DNA from: Planctomycetota bacterium | GTDB lineage: Bacteria; Planctomycetota; PUPC01 | DNA length: 46,333 bases | Direction of reading: 5' to 3' | Assembly: GCA_043819695.1 (NCBI GenBank) | Contig: JBDREM010000141.1 | Coordinates: forward strand, 1-46,333 | Shown: positions 16,859 to 25,817 of the stretch, piece after piece | Position numbering within the stretch: the stretch's first letter is position 1 | How the letters are laid out: the number at the start of each line of letters is the position of its first letter | Program-made: the position numbers and the translations under genes | The notes under the pieces: generated by a model | Told to the model about the DNA's origin: nothing | The model's database searches: none | Seen by the model: the letters and a program-made list of their open reading frames with translations, nothing else

Positions 16859-17322
16859 ACATCCACGACGTGCAGCAGATTCGGCTGACCGTTCACGAAG
16901 ACGACCGCGGATACCTGTACGAGATCGTCCACGCGACCGACAGCTTCGTGCCGCAGTTCGGCCAGGTGTATCTGGTCGGCGACCGCATCGAGCGGGTCAT
17001 TCGCGCTTTTCACAAGCACGAGGCGCTCCACGACTGGTTCTGCATCGTGAAGGGTGCGGCGAAGTTCGTGCTGGTCGACGACCGGCCCGACAGCCCCACT
17101 CGCGAGCAGGTGGACATGCTCGTCGGGAGCGAGCGGTCGCCGTCACTCATCGTCGTGCCACCCGGCGTCTATCACGGCTGGATGAGCCTCGAGCCGGACA
17201 CGATCCTCGTGTCGGCCGCCAGCCACGTGTACAACAAGGAGAGCCCGGACGAGATGCGGGTTCCGCCCGACCACTTCAACGAGCTCATCGGTGCCGACCC
17301 GTGGATCATCAAGGGCAAGTAG
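16855..17322 (+). CDS. RmlC-like cupin (NDP-4-dehydro-sugar 3,5-epimerase family)
   Basis: 155 aa; the TTG start overlaps the upstream TGA (TTGA). It shows HEDDRGYLYE, RAFHKHE, WFCIVKGAAKFVLVD and VPPGVYHGW. Confidence 0.75.
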   Translation: MNIHDVQQIRLTVHEDDRGYLYEIVHATDSFVPQFGQVYLVGDRIERVIRAFHKHEALHDWFCIVKGAAKFVLVDDRPDSPTREQVDMLVGSERSPSLIVVPPGVYHGWMSLEPDTILVSAASHVYNKESPDEMRVPPDHFNELIGADPWIIKGK

Positions 17323-17379
17323 CCGGAAGGAGAGGGCGACCGGATGAGTTCCCTGCGCGTGCTGGTTTCCGGCGGGTCT

Positions 17380-17611
17380 TGGTATGATTGCTGTTCGTCC
17401 ATTGAGCAGGGGTGTCGGGCCATCGGGCTCGACGCGGCCCTCGAACGCCGCCGCGCGCTCTGCAAGGCATACGTAAGCGCCTTCGACGGGACCGGCGTCA
17501 CGGTTCCGTTCGCCGGGCGGATGGGCACGGGCGAGTGAGGCCGGCACGGCCGTGCACATCATGCCCATCCTGTTCTCTGCGCTGACGGCCGGCCGGTTGA
17601 CCGGCGCGTGA
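17380..17611 (+). pseudogene. degenerate relic of a DegT-family aminotransferase (C-terminal domain fragment)
   Basis: ...LDAALERRRALCKAYVSAFDGTGVTVPFAGR..(TGA)..AGTAVHIMPIL parallels LDAALERRRELFNAYAAAFEGTGITVPFAGR...DTAVHIMPVVL of the intact gene at 13505..14641. DNA similarity is also visible (ctcgacgc[a/g]gccctcgaacgccgccgcg...). It has an in-frame stop and lacks the N-terminal two-thirds. Confidence 0.75.
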
Positions 17612-17707
17612 GCGCCTGCTAGAGTACGCATTCCTCCGGTGGCCGGCTGTGGCCGAACTCGCGGGAGGCGTGTTTTCGGCGTTCTGAGACGCGTGGTGTG
17701 GCTGTCT

Positions 17708-19225
17708 ATGGCCGAGGCCAAACAGACAACATTCATCCGTGACCTGATCCTGACCCAGGCGACGGCGGCCCTGACGGTTGCTGGACTGATCGTCGTTACG
17801 CGGCTGCTCGCGAAAGGGCTTGGGGCGGAGCTGTTCGGGGTGTACGCTCTGGGCCGGCGTGTAACGATGATGGCGATCCCTCTGGCCACTGTTTCCGCGG
17901 GCGTGTCGATCACCCGCTATGTTGCCCAGGCCGAGGACGAGTGGTCGCGTTTACGTTTTCTTGTCGCGGGTCTGATTCTGGCTGTCTTGCCATGCGCGCT
18001 TATCGCAGTGGTCGCGGCCGGCCTGGCGCCGCAGGTGAGCGCGATTGTGTTCGGGGCGGCGCAGTACGCGCCGGTGTGCCGGGCCTGGGCCGTGATGCTG
18101 GTGGGGTATGCTTTGTACACGGTGTCCTTCTCGCTCTATCGCGGCAGCGGGCGGATCGGCACGGCCAACCTGTGGCAGTTGGGCGTGGTCGTGTTGTGTC
18201 CGATTGTCGCCAGCGCGGTCCTGGCGCGGCGGGGGGAGGTGGCGCCCATCGTGTTCGTGATGGGGGCCGCGTACTACGCGGTCCTGCTTCCTCTTGGCGC
18301 GAACATGCTCCGCGGGTTCCGGTCGTCGCGTGAAGGGCTGCGCGTGGGCTCGGCGCTGGCGCCCCTGGTTCGGTATGGTGCTCCGCGAATCCCGGGCAGC
18401 TTCGCGCTGTACGGGTTGTTTGTGATCGGGCCGCTCTTGGCTCCCCACTTTCTCTCGCTCAAGGAGTCCGGATACCTCGTGGTCGGGCAGTCGCTCCTCG
18501 TGATTGTCGAGGGCGGCCTGTCGGCGTTCACCGTTGTGTTGCTCCCGAAGGTATCGCGGCTGGTGGCGGAGAAGCGGGACGAGTTCATCCGGGAGCGCGT
18601 GGGCAATCTTCTGGCGTTCGTGTTCCATTGCGGGCTGTTCGCGATGCTCCATCTGGCGCTCTGGTCGGACCAGATCGTGTGGGGATGGGTCGGGAGCGAA
18701 TACGCACCGGCTGTGCCGGTCGTCCGCATCTTCGCCGTGGTCACGTTGCCCTACGCGACGTTCATGATGTGCCGGCCGGTCATCGACGCCGTTGAGGAGA
18801 AGGCGGTGAATACGTTGAACCTACTGGTCAGTCTGGTGCTTGCGGCGGTGCTTTGTTTCGTGCTGTCGGTGGCGGGCGCCGGGCTTTGGGGGCTCGCGGC
18901 CGGCGCGGCGGCGGGGTTCTGGGCGCTGGGCCTGAAAACGTTCTGGTATGTCCGCCGGCGGTTCCGAACCGGGACCGGGCAGTTCCGCATCGTGTGGGTT
19001 CTGCTCCTCAACGCAGGTTGCATCGCGGCCGGGTGGGCCGTAAAATCGGGCCTCGAAGAACAGGACTCCGCGTGGTTGCTCGTCTGCGGGGCTGTGGTGT
19101 TCGAGTGCGTCCTGGCCGGCGCTTATTTCCTCGCTTTGCGGAGGTTGAAGGTGGAATGGATCTCCGAGTTGGAGAAGCGGCTGTTCCCGTTGCGGCAATC
19201 CGAACAGGAGAACTCGTCTCAGTAA
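17708..19225 (+). CDS. Wzx-type oligosaccharide flippase (MOP/PST family)
   Basis: Track ORF trimmed to ATG 17708 (MAEAKQTTFIRDLILTQATAALTVAGLIVVTRLLAKGLGAELFGVYALGRRV...). ~505 aa and polytopic throughout. Confidence 0.8.
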   Translation: MAEAKQTTFIRDLILTQATAALTVAGLIVVTRLLAKGLGAELFGVYALGRRVTMMAIPLATVSAGVSITRYVAQAEDEWSRLRFLVAGLILAVLPCALIAVVAAGLAPQVSAIVFGAAQYAPVCRAWAVMLVGYALYTVSFSLYRGSGRIGTANLWQLGVVVLCPIVASAVLARRGEVAPIVFVMGAAYYAVLLPLGANMLRGFRSSREGLRVGSALAPLVRYGAPRIPGSFALYGLFVIGPLLAPHFLSLKESGYLVVGQSLLVIVEGGLSAFTVVLLPKVSRLVAEKRDEFIRERVGNLLAFVFHCGLFAMLHLALWSDQIVWGWVGSEYAPAVPVVRIFAVVTLPYATFMMCRPVIDAVEEKAVNTLNLLVSLVLAAVLCFVLSVAGAGLWGLAAGAAAGFWALGLKTFWYVRRRFRTGTGQFRIVWVLLLNAGCIAAGWAVKSGLEEQDSAWLLVCGAVVFECVLAGAYFLALRRLKVEWISELEKRLFPLRQSEQENSSQ

Positions 19226-19240
19226 GGCAACATTGATGTT

Positions 19241-20566
19241 ATGAGCGCGTGGGTCTGCATCATCATCATTGTTTATCTGGCCGTGCTCGTTGTTTGCGCG
19301 CGCCAGACCGCGCCCTCGGAGGGGTACTACTCGACGGTTACGGTCTTCGGAGTATCGGCTTTCATCTACTATATGGCCATTCCGATCGAGATGGCCCTGT
19401 TCGATGAGGAGATCCGGGCGGCCGGTGACCTCGTCTTTCTCTCGCCGGCGCAGCAGGTGCAGATTAGCTTGATGGGGCTCCTTGCGTTCGTTGCATTCCT
19501 GGTGGGGTATCGGTTCTCGAAGTTCGTGCCTTTCGAGGGCGAAGAACCGGCGGACGGGCCGGCGCCGGCGGCGCGGCCCGCGGGGCGCATTCCGAAGAGC
19601 CTGCTGATTCTCGGGGCTGGTTCCGTCGTGCTGCTTGTGCTCGGTTTTGCGCCGCAGCTTCGCTCGATGTCCACCTACGCCGGCGCTTACGAGACGGCCT
19701 ATGAGCACCCCGTTTTTTCTCTGCTTCGCACGTATGCCGTGATGGCCGCTGCGCTGACCGCCGCCGTGCTGGTTTGCCGGCATCGCGCGCGTCCGGTTCT
19801 GGCCCTCATTGTTGTGACTCCCGTGTTCTCTTGGGGCGTCTTCTCCTCAGACAAGGATCCAATCCTCATCGGGCTCCTAGGGCTGGCCGCGTATTTCCTC
19901 GGGAAGCGGTCACGAAGCCCGAAGCTGCTCTTGTGGATCGGCGGGTGCGCCGTGGCGCTTATGTTGCTGTCGCCCGTCTTCTCGATGTATCGGTCCGGGT
20001 ACACGCTTTCCGAGGCATGGCACGATTACTATTTCGGGGTGACCAAGTCAGACCCGCGCGGGCCGATGATCTCCATGGCAGTTGTGACCGCCGGCGACCA
20101 GCCGCCGGCGTGGGGGCACACGTACCTGAACAACGCCTTGCTGTGGATCCCGAAGTTCGTGTGGCCCGAGCGGCCGCTGGACCTTTCCGAGGCCTTTGCC
20201 CGCGACAACATGTCCGACTGGAGTCCGGGGCGGGGGCTGGGCTATTCGTTGCTCGCGGAAGCGTACGTGAACTTCTGGTGGTTTGGCCCCCTGATACAGT
20301 ATTTCTTAATCGGCCTGTTGTGGGGCAAGGTGTGGGCGTTGATCCGGAGGGCGTTTTCGCCCGTGAGCGCGGCCTACTGGAGCGCGGTCTATGGCGTGTT
20401 CGGATTCTATCTTCTTACAATAATGCACCGCGGGCCCACGCCTGGGATCACGAAGACGATGCTCCAGATCCTTGCCCCCTTGGTCCTGCTGACATACATC
20501 TTCGATAGGGCCCTGACGCATCCTGCGAGGGTGCCCACGCCGGTGAGGGGGGACGGAGGTGCGTGA
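19241..20566 (+). CDS. Wzy-type oligosaccharide repeat-unit polymerase
   Basis: 441 aa polytopic membrane protein. SSDKDPILIGLLGLAAY and GLGYSLLAEAYVNFWWFGPL resemble repeat-unit polymerase motifs. It sits between the flippase and a glycosyltransferase. Confidence 0.7.
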   Translation: MSAWVCIIIIVYLAVLVVCARQTAPSEGYYSTVTVFGVSAFIYYMAIPIEMALFDEEIRAAGDLVFLSPAQQVQISLMGLLAFVAFLVGYRFSKFVPFEGEEPADGPAPAARPAGRIPKSLLILGAGSVVLLVLGFAPQLRSMSTYAGAYETAYEHPVFSLLRTYAVMAAALTAAVLVCRHRARPVLALIVVTPVFSWGVFSSDKDPILIGLLGLAAYFLGKRSRSPKLLLWIGGCAVALMLLSPVFSMYRSGYTLSEAWHDYYFGVTKSDPRGPMISMAVVTAGDQPPAWGHTYLNNALLWIPKFVWPERPLDLSEAFARDNMSDWSPGRGLGYSLLAEAYVNFWWFGPLIQYFLIGLLWGKVWALIRRAFSPVSAAYWSAVYGVFGFYLLTIMHRGPTPGITKTMLQILAPLVLLTYIFDRALTHPARVPTPVRGDGGA

Positions 20567-21632
20567 ACTGCGGGCAAGGAGTGCACACATCGGCAGCTGG
20601 TCGAACAAGCGGATATTGATGCTCGGCCCGTTCGGCGAGGCATTGGCGCCTCAACAGGGCAAGCTCCTGGCCCCGCATCTTGTTGCCCGTGGGGCCAGAG
20701 TCACGCTTGTCTCCGACCGCGGGCGCCCCGCTGTGCGCTTCGCGCACATCGTCTTGCACGCGCTTTTCTGGGTGTGGCGCTACGACGTGGTCGTTGTGCA
20801 AGTGTACTCAGGCCGAGCTTTCTGCTACGCGGCGTTGTCCGCCCTCTTTGCGAGGATGTGGGGGACGCGCGTAGTCGGTTTCCTTCGCGGGGGAGCCCTT
20901 CCGGCGCTTGCCTGCAAACGACCTGTGTTCACGGCCTTCGCACTGCGTTTGTTCGACGCGCTGATCGCGCCGTCCCCTTTCCTTCAGCGAGAGCTGGGGC
21001 GGGCTGTCCCACTGAAAGACTGCCAAGTGATCCCCAACCTCATTGATCTGGCGCACTATGCCTATCGCCCCCGCATCCCGCCTCGCCCGAAGCTGCTGTG
21101 GCTGCGGTGCTTCCACCCGATCTACAATCCGCTCATGGCCCTTGACGTCTACAGACGGCTGCGTGAACGCATTCCGGATGTGTCCTTGACGTTCTGCGGG
21201 ATTTCCGACATCGAGTTGGCCGAGGTGCTGGGCACCATCAAGCAGCCGGGCTACGAAGGGGTGCGGTACCTGGGCCGGATCCCAAAGGAAAAGGTGCCGG
21301 CGGTTATTGACGAATGCGACGTCTACTTGAACACGAACCGGGTTGATAACATGCCTGTGACGGTTCTCGAGATGTGGGCGAGCGGGGTGCCTGTGGTGGC
21401 GACGGACGTGGGCGGTATAGCCGATCTTGTCCGTGACGGAGAAAACGGACTGCTCGTGCCAAGTGAGGACGCGCAGGCGATGTCGGACGCGGTCATCAGA
21501 CTGTTGACCGACGAGTGTCTCACAGCGAAGATCATCGCCGGCGGGCGCGAATACGTGTCGAGGTGCACCTTCGACCACATCTGTGACGAACTGGCCAGAG
21601 CGTTCTTCCCGAAGACGGGCGGAAGAGAATGA
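20559..21632 (+). CDS. GT4-family (GT-B) glycosyltransferase
   Basis: ...NTNRVDNMPVTVLEMWASGVPVVATDVGGIADLVRDGENGLLVP is the E-x7-E-type C-terminal signature. The start is uncertain; GTG 20559 overlaps the wzy end. Confidence 0.8.
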   Translation: MRELRARSAHIGSWSNKRILMLGPFGEALAPQQGKLLAPHLVARGARVTLVSDRGRPAVRFAHIVLHALFWVWRYDVVVVQVYSGRAFCYAALSALFARMWGTRVVGFLRGGALPALACKRPVFTAFALRLFDALIAPSPFLQRELGRAVPLKDCQVIPNLIDLAHYAYRPRIPPRPKLLWLRCFHPIYNPLMALDVYRRLRERIPDVSLTFCGISDIELAEVLGTIKQPGYEGVRYLGRIPKEKVPAVIDECDVYLNTNRVDNMPVTVLEMWASGVPVVATDVGGIADLVRDGENGLLVPSEDAQAMSDAVIRLLTDECLTAKIIAGGREYVSRCTFDHICDELARAFFPKTGGRE

Positions 21633-23029
21633 GCATAGCGCGGCGCCTCTACACAATGCTGCCCCCGTCGCTCAAAGACGTCGCAGCATCTCTGTACGGC
21701 TGCAGGCTGGCCCGCCTCAGGTATGGCAAGGAGACCCCGGAACTCGTCAGGGCGATGAGAGAACGCGAAGCGTGGGAGCCAGAGCAATGGCGTCGTTTCC
21801 AGGGTGAGGCCTTGCGGCGGCTTGTCCGCCACGCGTCCCGCTGTGTGCCCTATTACCGGGACGCGTGGGCCAAGGCCAGGATCGACGTTGAATCAGTCGA
21901 GAACGTACGCGACATCGAGAAGCTCCCCTTCACCGAGAAGAAAGACGTCAGGGAGCGCAACTCGGAGTTCCTCAACGAAAGGATGAAAAAGAGCGCCTTC
22001 CACCCCGAACACACCTCGGGCACGACCGGCACCCCGCTCGACCTGTGGTGGACAAAGGCAACCTGCCGCCTGTGGTATGCGTTCTTCGAGGCACGAATCA
22101 GGAATTGGGCGGGGGTGCGATGGGGCGACCGCTGGGCAATGCTTGGCGGGCAACTCGTCGTGCCCGTCACGCGGACGCGGCCGCCTTTCTGGGTGTGGAA
22201 CGCTCCGTTCCGGCAGCTCTACATGTCGGCGTATCATCTGAAAGATGAATTCATCCCCTACTACCTCGACGAACTCGAGAGAAGGCAAGTCACATACTTG
22301 TACGGCTACGCAAGCTGCCTCTATCAATTGGCGCGGCATGCCATCAGCGCGAACCGAAAGCTCACCTTTAAGGCGGCGTTCTCCAACGCCGAGCCGCTCT
22401 GCACCACGCACCGACAGGCCATCGCCGAAGCCTTCAATTGCACGGTGCGTGACACCTACTCAGGGGCCGAGATAGTCTGCCTCGCGTCCGAGTGCGACAG
22501 CGGGAACCTCCACGTCTCGCCTGACGTCGGGCTTGTCGAGATCGTCAACGATCTCGGCGAGCGGTGCGAGGCCGGAGAAGTAGGCGAGATAGTGAGCACC
22601 GGATTCGTCAACGTCAACATGCCCCTCATTCGCTACAAGACTGGAGACCGCGCGGCTCTCAGCGACGACAAGTGCCCGTGCGGGCGCTCAATGCCCGTCC
22701 TGCAATCGCTCGAGGGCAGAAAGGACGACGTCCTCTACACCACCGACGGGCGTCCCGTCGGCAGCGCCGCGCTGTCTCTCGTTTTCAAGACACAACTGCC
22801 CATCAAGCTCGCGCAGGTCGAGCAGAAGGCTCTGGGCCGGATCATCATCCGGATAGTCCCCGACGCCGGATACAGCGAGCAAACTGAAGTGGGCATCGCA
22901 GAGAAGCTTCGCGAGCGGCTCGGGCCAGTGGATGTCACGTTCGAGAAGGCGGACGACATCCCCCGAGGCCCCGGCGGCAAGTTCCGCGCGGTGATCAGTC
23001 GCCTGCCGCCGGCCTCAAGACCGATCTGA
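21629..23029 (+). CDS. CapK/PaaK-like adenylate-forming enzyme (phenylacetate-CoA ligase / F390-synthetase family)
   Basis: 466 aa; HTSGTTGTPLDLWW (AMP-binding P-loop-like motif) and ...YKTGDRA... The ATG overlaps the upstream TGA (ATGA at 21629-21632). Confidence 0.75.
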   Translation: MSIARRLYTMLPPSLKDVAASLYGCRLARLRYGKETPELVRAMREREAWEPEQWRRFQGEALRRLVRHASRCVPYYRDAWAKARIDVESVENVRDIEKLPFTEKKDVRERNSEFLNERMKKSAFHPEHTSGTTGTPLDLWWTKATCRLWYAFFEARIRNWAGVRWGDRWAMLGGQLVVPVTRTRPPFWVWNAPFRQLYMSAYHLKDEFIPYYLDELERRQVTYLYGYASCLYQLARHAISANRKLTFKAAFSNAEPLCTTHRQAIAEAFNCTVRDTYSGAEIVCLASECDSGNLHVSPDVGLVEIVNDLGERCEAGEVGEIVSTGFVNVNMPLIRYKTGDRAALSDDKCPCGRSMPVLQSLEGRKDDVLYTTDGRPVGSAALSLVFKTQLPIKLAQVEQKALGRIIIRIVPDAGYSEQTEVGIAEKLRERLGPVDVTFEKADDIPRGPGGKFRAVISRLPPASRPI

Positions 23030-23063
23030 TCGCCGCAGGAGCGGACGCAACTCCTTGCGGCGA
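23030..23063 (+). promoter_or_regulatory. intercistronic hairpin (12-bp stem with one bulge)
   Basis: tcgccgcaggag (23030-23041), loop cggacgcaa, ctccttgcggcga (23051-23063), directly after the CapK-like stop. There is no T-tract. Confidence 0.3.
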
Positions 23064-23111
23064 CGGGGCTGCCGGCGCTCGCATTGCCGAGGCGTTGATG
23101 GAGGGCGGTGT

Positions 23112-24338
23112 GTGCGCTTCCTCGTGCTGACGCAGTACTTCCCGCCGGAGATCGGCGCCCCCCAGGCCCGGTTATCGTCGATGGTCCGGGAGCTTGCGAG
23201 TCTGGGCCACGAGGTCGAGATCGTGACAGCGATGCCGAACTATCCGCAGGGGAGCATCTTTCCTGATTACGCCGGCCGGTTCTATCGCCGCGACGAGTGG
23301 AACGGAATCCCCGTCCACCGCGTGTGGCTATACGCCGCGATGGGTGCCGGCGTCAAACGAATGATCAACTATGGCTCGTTCACGGCAACCGCCTTGTACG
23401 GGCTGATGCGAGCGAAAAAGCCGGACTACGTTTTCGTCGAGTCTCCACCGCTGTTCCTCAGTGTGCCCGCGTGGCTCGCCTCGCGATACTGGGGGGTGCC
23501 GATGATCTTCAACGTCGCCGACCTGTGGCCCGACTCGATTCGCGAACTGGGCCTGGTGCGCGAAGGCCTGTTCCTCCGTGTCGCCGACCGGCTGGAAGCC
23601 TGGACCTACCGCCGCGCCGCCTTCGTCAACACCGTTACCGAAGGCATTCGTGACACCCTCCGGGACGCCAAACACGTGCCTGCGCGGAAGCTTCTGTTCA
23701 TGCCCAATGGCGTCGACACCGAGCTTTTCAAGCCGGGCCGCCGCGACGAGGCCCTTGCTCGCGAACTCGGCCTCGACGGACGGAAGGTCATCCTCTATGC
23801 CGGAACGCTTGGGTTTGCCCAAGGGCTGGATGTTGCCGTCGACGCAATGGACCGGCTGCAGTCGGACGTGCCGGACGCGGTGCTGGTCTTCCTCGGCAGC
23901 GGCTCCGACAAGTCGCGGCTCGTTGAAGAGGTCCGCTCACGCGGGATCGGCAGCGTTCGCTTCCTCGACCCCGTTCCGCTCGAGTCCGTGGCACGCATGT
24001 ACTCGATCGCCTATGCAGGGTTCGCCAGCCTGAAAGACCTCCCGCTTTTCGAAGGCGCCCGCCCGTCGAAGATCTTTCCGATCATGGCCTCCGGCAAGCC
24101 GGTAGTCTACAGCGGCAAGGGCGAAGGAGCTCGATTGGTGGAGAAAGCCGGGGCAGGTCTTGTAACCAAGCCGGGTGACGCGGACGCGCTTGCCGATGCG
24201 ATTCGTTTCCTCATACACAATCCTGAACAGGCTGAGGCGATGGGGAGAGATGCCCGAGCGTTCGTCGAAGAGAACTGCGCCTGGCCGGCCCTGGTCAGGC
24301 ATTGGCTCAATCAACTCGAAGAGAGGTCCGACCGGTGA
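23112..24338 (+). CDS. GT4 glycosyltransferase, WbuB/WcaI-like
   Basis: GTG 23112 with ggaggg 7 nt upstream: (M)RFLVLTQYFPPEIGAPQARLSSMVRELASLGHEVEIVTAMPNYPQG is the characteristic N-terminus of this subgroup. Confidence 0.8.
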   Translation: MRFLVLTQYFPPEIGAPQARLSSMVRELASLGHEVEIVTAMPNYPQGSIFPDYAGRFYRRDEWNGIPVHRVWLYAAMGAGVKRMINYGSFTATALYGLMRAKKPDYVFVESPPLFLSVPAWLASRYWGVPMIFNVADLWPDSIRELGLVREGLFLRVADRLEAWTYRRAAFVNTVTEGIRDTLRDAKHVPARKLLFMPNGVDTELFKPGRRDEALARELGLDGRKVILYAGTLGFAQGLDVAVDAMDRLQSDVPDAVLVFLGSGSDKSRLVEEVRSRGIGSVRFLDPVPLESVARMYSIAYAGFASLKDLPLFEGARPSKIFPIMASGKPVVYSGKGEGARLVEKAGAGLVTKPGDADALADAIRFLIHNPEQAEAMGRDARAFVEENCAWPALVRHWLNQLEERSDR

Positions 24339-25024
24339 CCAGCGAGACAGATCGCATTCGTGAGCGCTATGCACGGCGGAAGGAGTGTTTCGCGTCTCTC
24401 TACGACCCGACGGGCCCCGCCGTTTCCAGGATCATCGAGGAGAGGCAGCGGACGATCGCAGGCATCTTTCGCCGTGCGGGGCTTGTCCCCGTCCGAGACA
24501 AGCGGGTGCTCGAAATCGGCTGCGGGAAGGGCACGAACCTGCTGCATCTGCTCATTCAGGGCTTTCGGCCGGAGAATCTTGTGGGGAACGAGTTGATCGA
24601 GGAGCGGGCCCGTGAGGCGCGACACCTCCTGCCGGCCGCCACGGAGGTCATCACGGGCGACGCCTGTGAACTTGACCTCCCGGACGAGTCGTTTGACATC
24701 GTATTGCAGTCCACCGTGTTCACCTCGATCCTGGACGATGAGTTTCAGAAGAGGCTCGCAGACCGCATGTGGGCACTTGTGAAACCGGGCGGCGGCGTGC
24801 TCTGGTACGATTTTGTCTACAGCAATCCGCGGAACCCGGATGTTCGGGGCGTGCCGTTGCGGCGCGTCCGCGAGCTGTTCCCCGATGGAAAAGTGAAACG
24901 GTGGCGTGTTACGCTCGCCCCGCCGATTGCGCGTCGGGTAGTCGGGATTCATCCCGCGTTGTACACGTTGTTCAATGCAATGCCCTTCCTCCGGACCCAC
25001 ATTCTCTGCTGGATTGTGAAGTAG
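24335..25024 (+). CDS. class I SAM-dependent methyltransferase
   Basis: The GTG overlaps the upstream stop (GTGA). VLEIGCGKGTNLLHLL is SAM motif I, and GGVLWYDFVY is also present. Confidence 0.75.
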   Translation: MTSETDRIRERYARRKECFASLYDPTGPAVSRIIEERQRTIAGIFRRAGLVPVRDKRVLEIGCGKGTNLLHLLIQGFRPENLVGNELIEERAREARHLLPAATEVITGDACELDLPDESFDIVLQSTVFTSILDDEFQKRLADRMWALVKPGGGVLWYDFVYSNPRNPDVRGVPLRRVRELFPDGKVKRWRVTLAPPIARRVVGIHPALYTLFNAMPFLRTHILCWIVK

Positions 25025-25061
25025 GGGAGCGGGCGGGGCAAGCGCTCGTTGGAGTACGCGC

Positions 25062-25099
25062 AAGAACGGCCTGCCACCTTTCGGCGGCAGGCCGTTCTT
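25062..25099. terminator. bidirectional intrinsic-terminator-like hairpin between convergent genes
   Basis: aagaacggcctgcc (25062-25075) pairs with ggcaggccgttctt (25086-25099) as a 14-bp stem with a 10-nt loop. It is flanked by short T/A runs and lies between the + strand methyltransferase and the - strand PEP-CTERM gene. Confidence 0.6.
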
Positions 25100-25118
25100 C
25101 AGGTCTCAGTGCTTGCGG

Positions 25119-25817
25119 TTAGCGCCGCTTCCTGCGAATCAGTCCGGACAGGCCGACGGTCAGCAGCGCCGCGGCCGAGGTCTCCGAGACGGGATCGCCG
25201 CCCCGGGCGTCGTAGGTGATGTCCAACTCCGCGTAATCCACGATAATCACGTCCCAGTCCGGGTCAGCGGGAAGCGCTCCGATGGTCACGTGCACGACAC
25301 CGCCCTCGAGCAGGGCCAACGTCAGAGCCGGCAGGGGGATTTCGTGAACGTGGACCATTTTCTGGCCGGGATCGATGGCCAGCTTGTCGGCCAGTTCGAT
25401 CTCTGTTGCCCCCTGGCGCACCTTGATGGGCTGTGTGCCCCAGGCGCCGGGGAGGTTGCCGTAATAGTCCGCGCTGTTGTCTTCGTTGTCCCAAGTCACC
25501 ACCCGCAACGTGGCGCCCACGATCGTCTCCCCGACGGCCAGCGGGCCGACCGTGAAGGCGAAGTCGAAAACCGCAGCGAGGGCTGGGTACATCTGGTAGT
25601 CCGTGTTTCCGGCCTCCGGGGTCAGATACGTCCAGTAGGGGAGCGGGATGACGTCGCCGTGCACGAGGTCGAACACGCCGTCCCCGTCACCGTTGTTGAA
25701 GTCGTCCTTGTCTCCTACAAGATACGTGTTCGTGATGAGAGCTGCCGAGGCAGGAGCCTGCATCGCCACCACCGCACCGCACACAATCAACGCCGCCAAA
25801 ATCATTCTCGCCTTCAT
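25119..25817 (-). CDS. secreted PEP-CTERM-type sorting-domain protein
   Basis: ATG 25817 with aaggag 7 nt upstream. Signal peptide MKARMILAALIVCGAVVAMQAPASA. The C-terminus is DPVSETSAAALLTVGLSGLIRRKRR: a PEP-like motif, a TM helix and an Arg/Lys cluster. Confidence 0.75.
   Translation of the reverse strand: MKARMILAALIVCGAVVAMQAPASAALITNTYLVGDKDDFNNGDGDGVFDLVHGDVIPLPYWTYLTPEAGNTDYQMYPALAAVFDFAFTVGPLAVGETIVGATLRVVTWDNEDNSADYYGNLPGAWGTQPIKVRQGATEIELADKLAIDPGQKMVHVHEIPLPALTLALLEGGVVHVTIGALPADPDWDVIIVDYAELDITYDARGGDPVSETSAAALLTVGLSGLIRRKRR

Noticed and set aside
17344-17538. 64-aa ORF as a small gene.
   Set aside because: Its C-terminal half is plainly a decayed copy of the DegT aminotransferase C-terminal domain. 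Homology continues past its stop in the same frame, so it is a pseudogene fragment.
19241-20566. The 441-aa polytopic protein as the missing exosortase for the PEP-CTERM protein.
   Set aside because: Its motifs (SSDKDP, LAEAYVNFWWFG) and its position next to wzx and a GT fit a Wzy-type repeat-unit polymerase. I could not find an exosortase-like Cys/Arg/His motif pattern.
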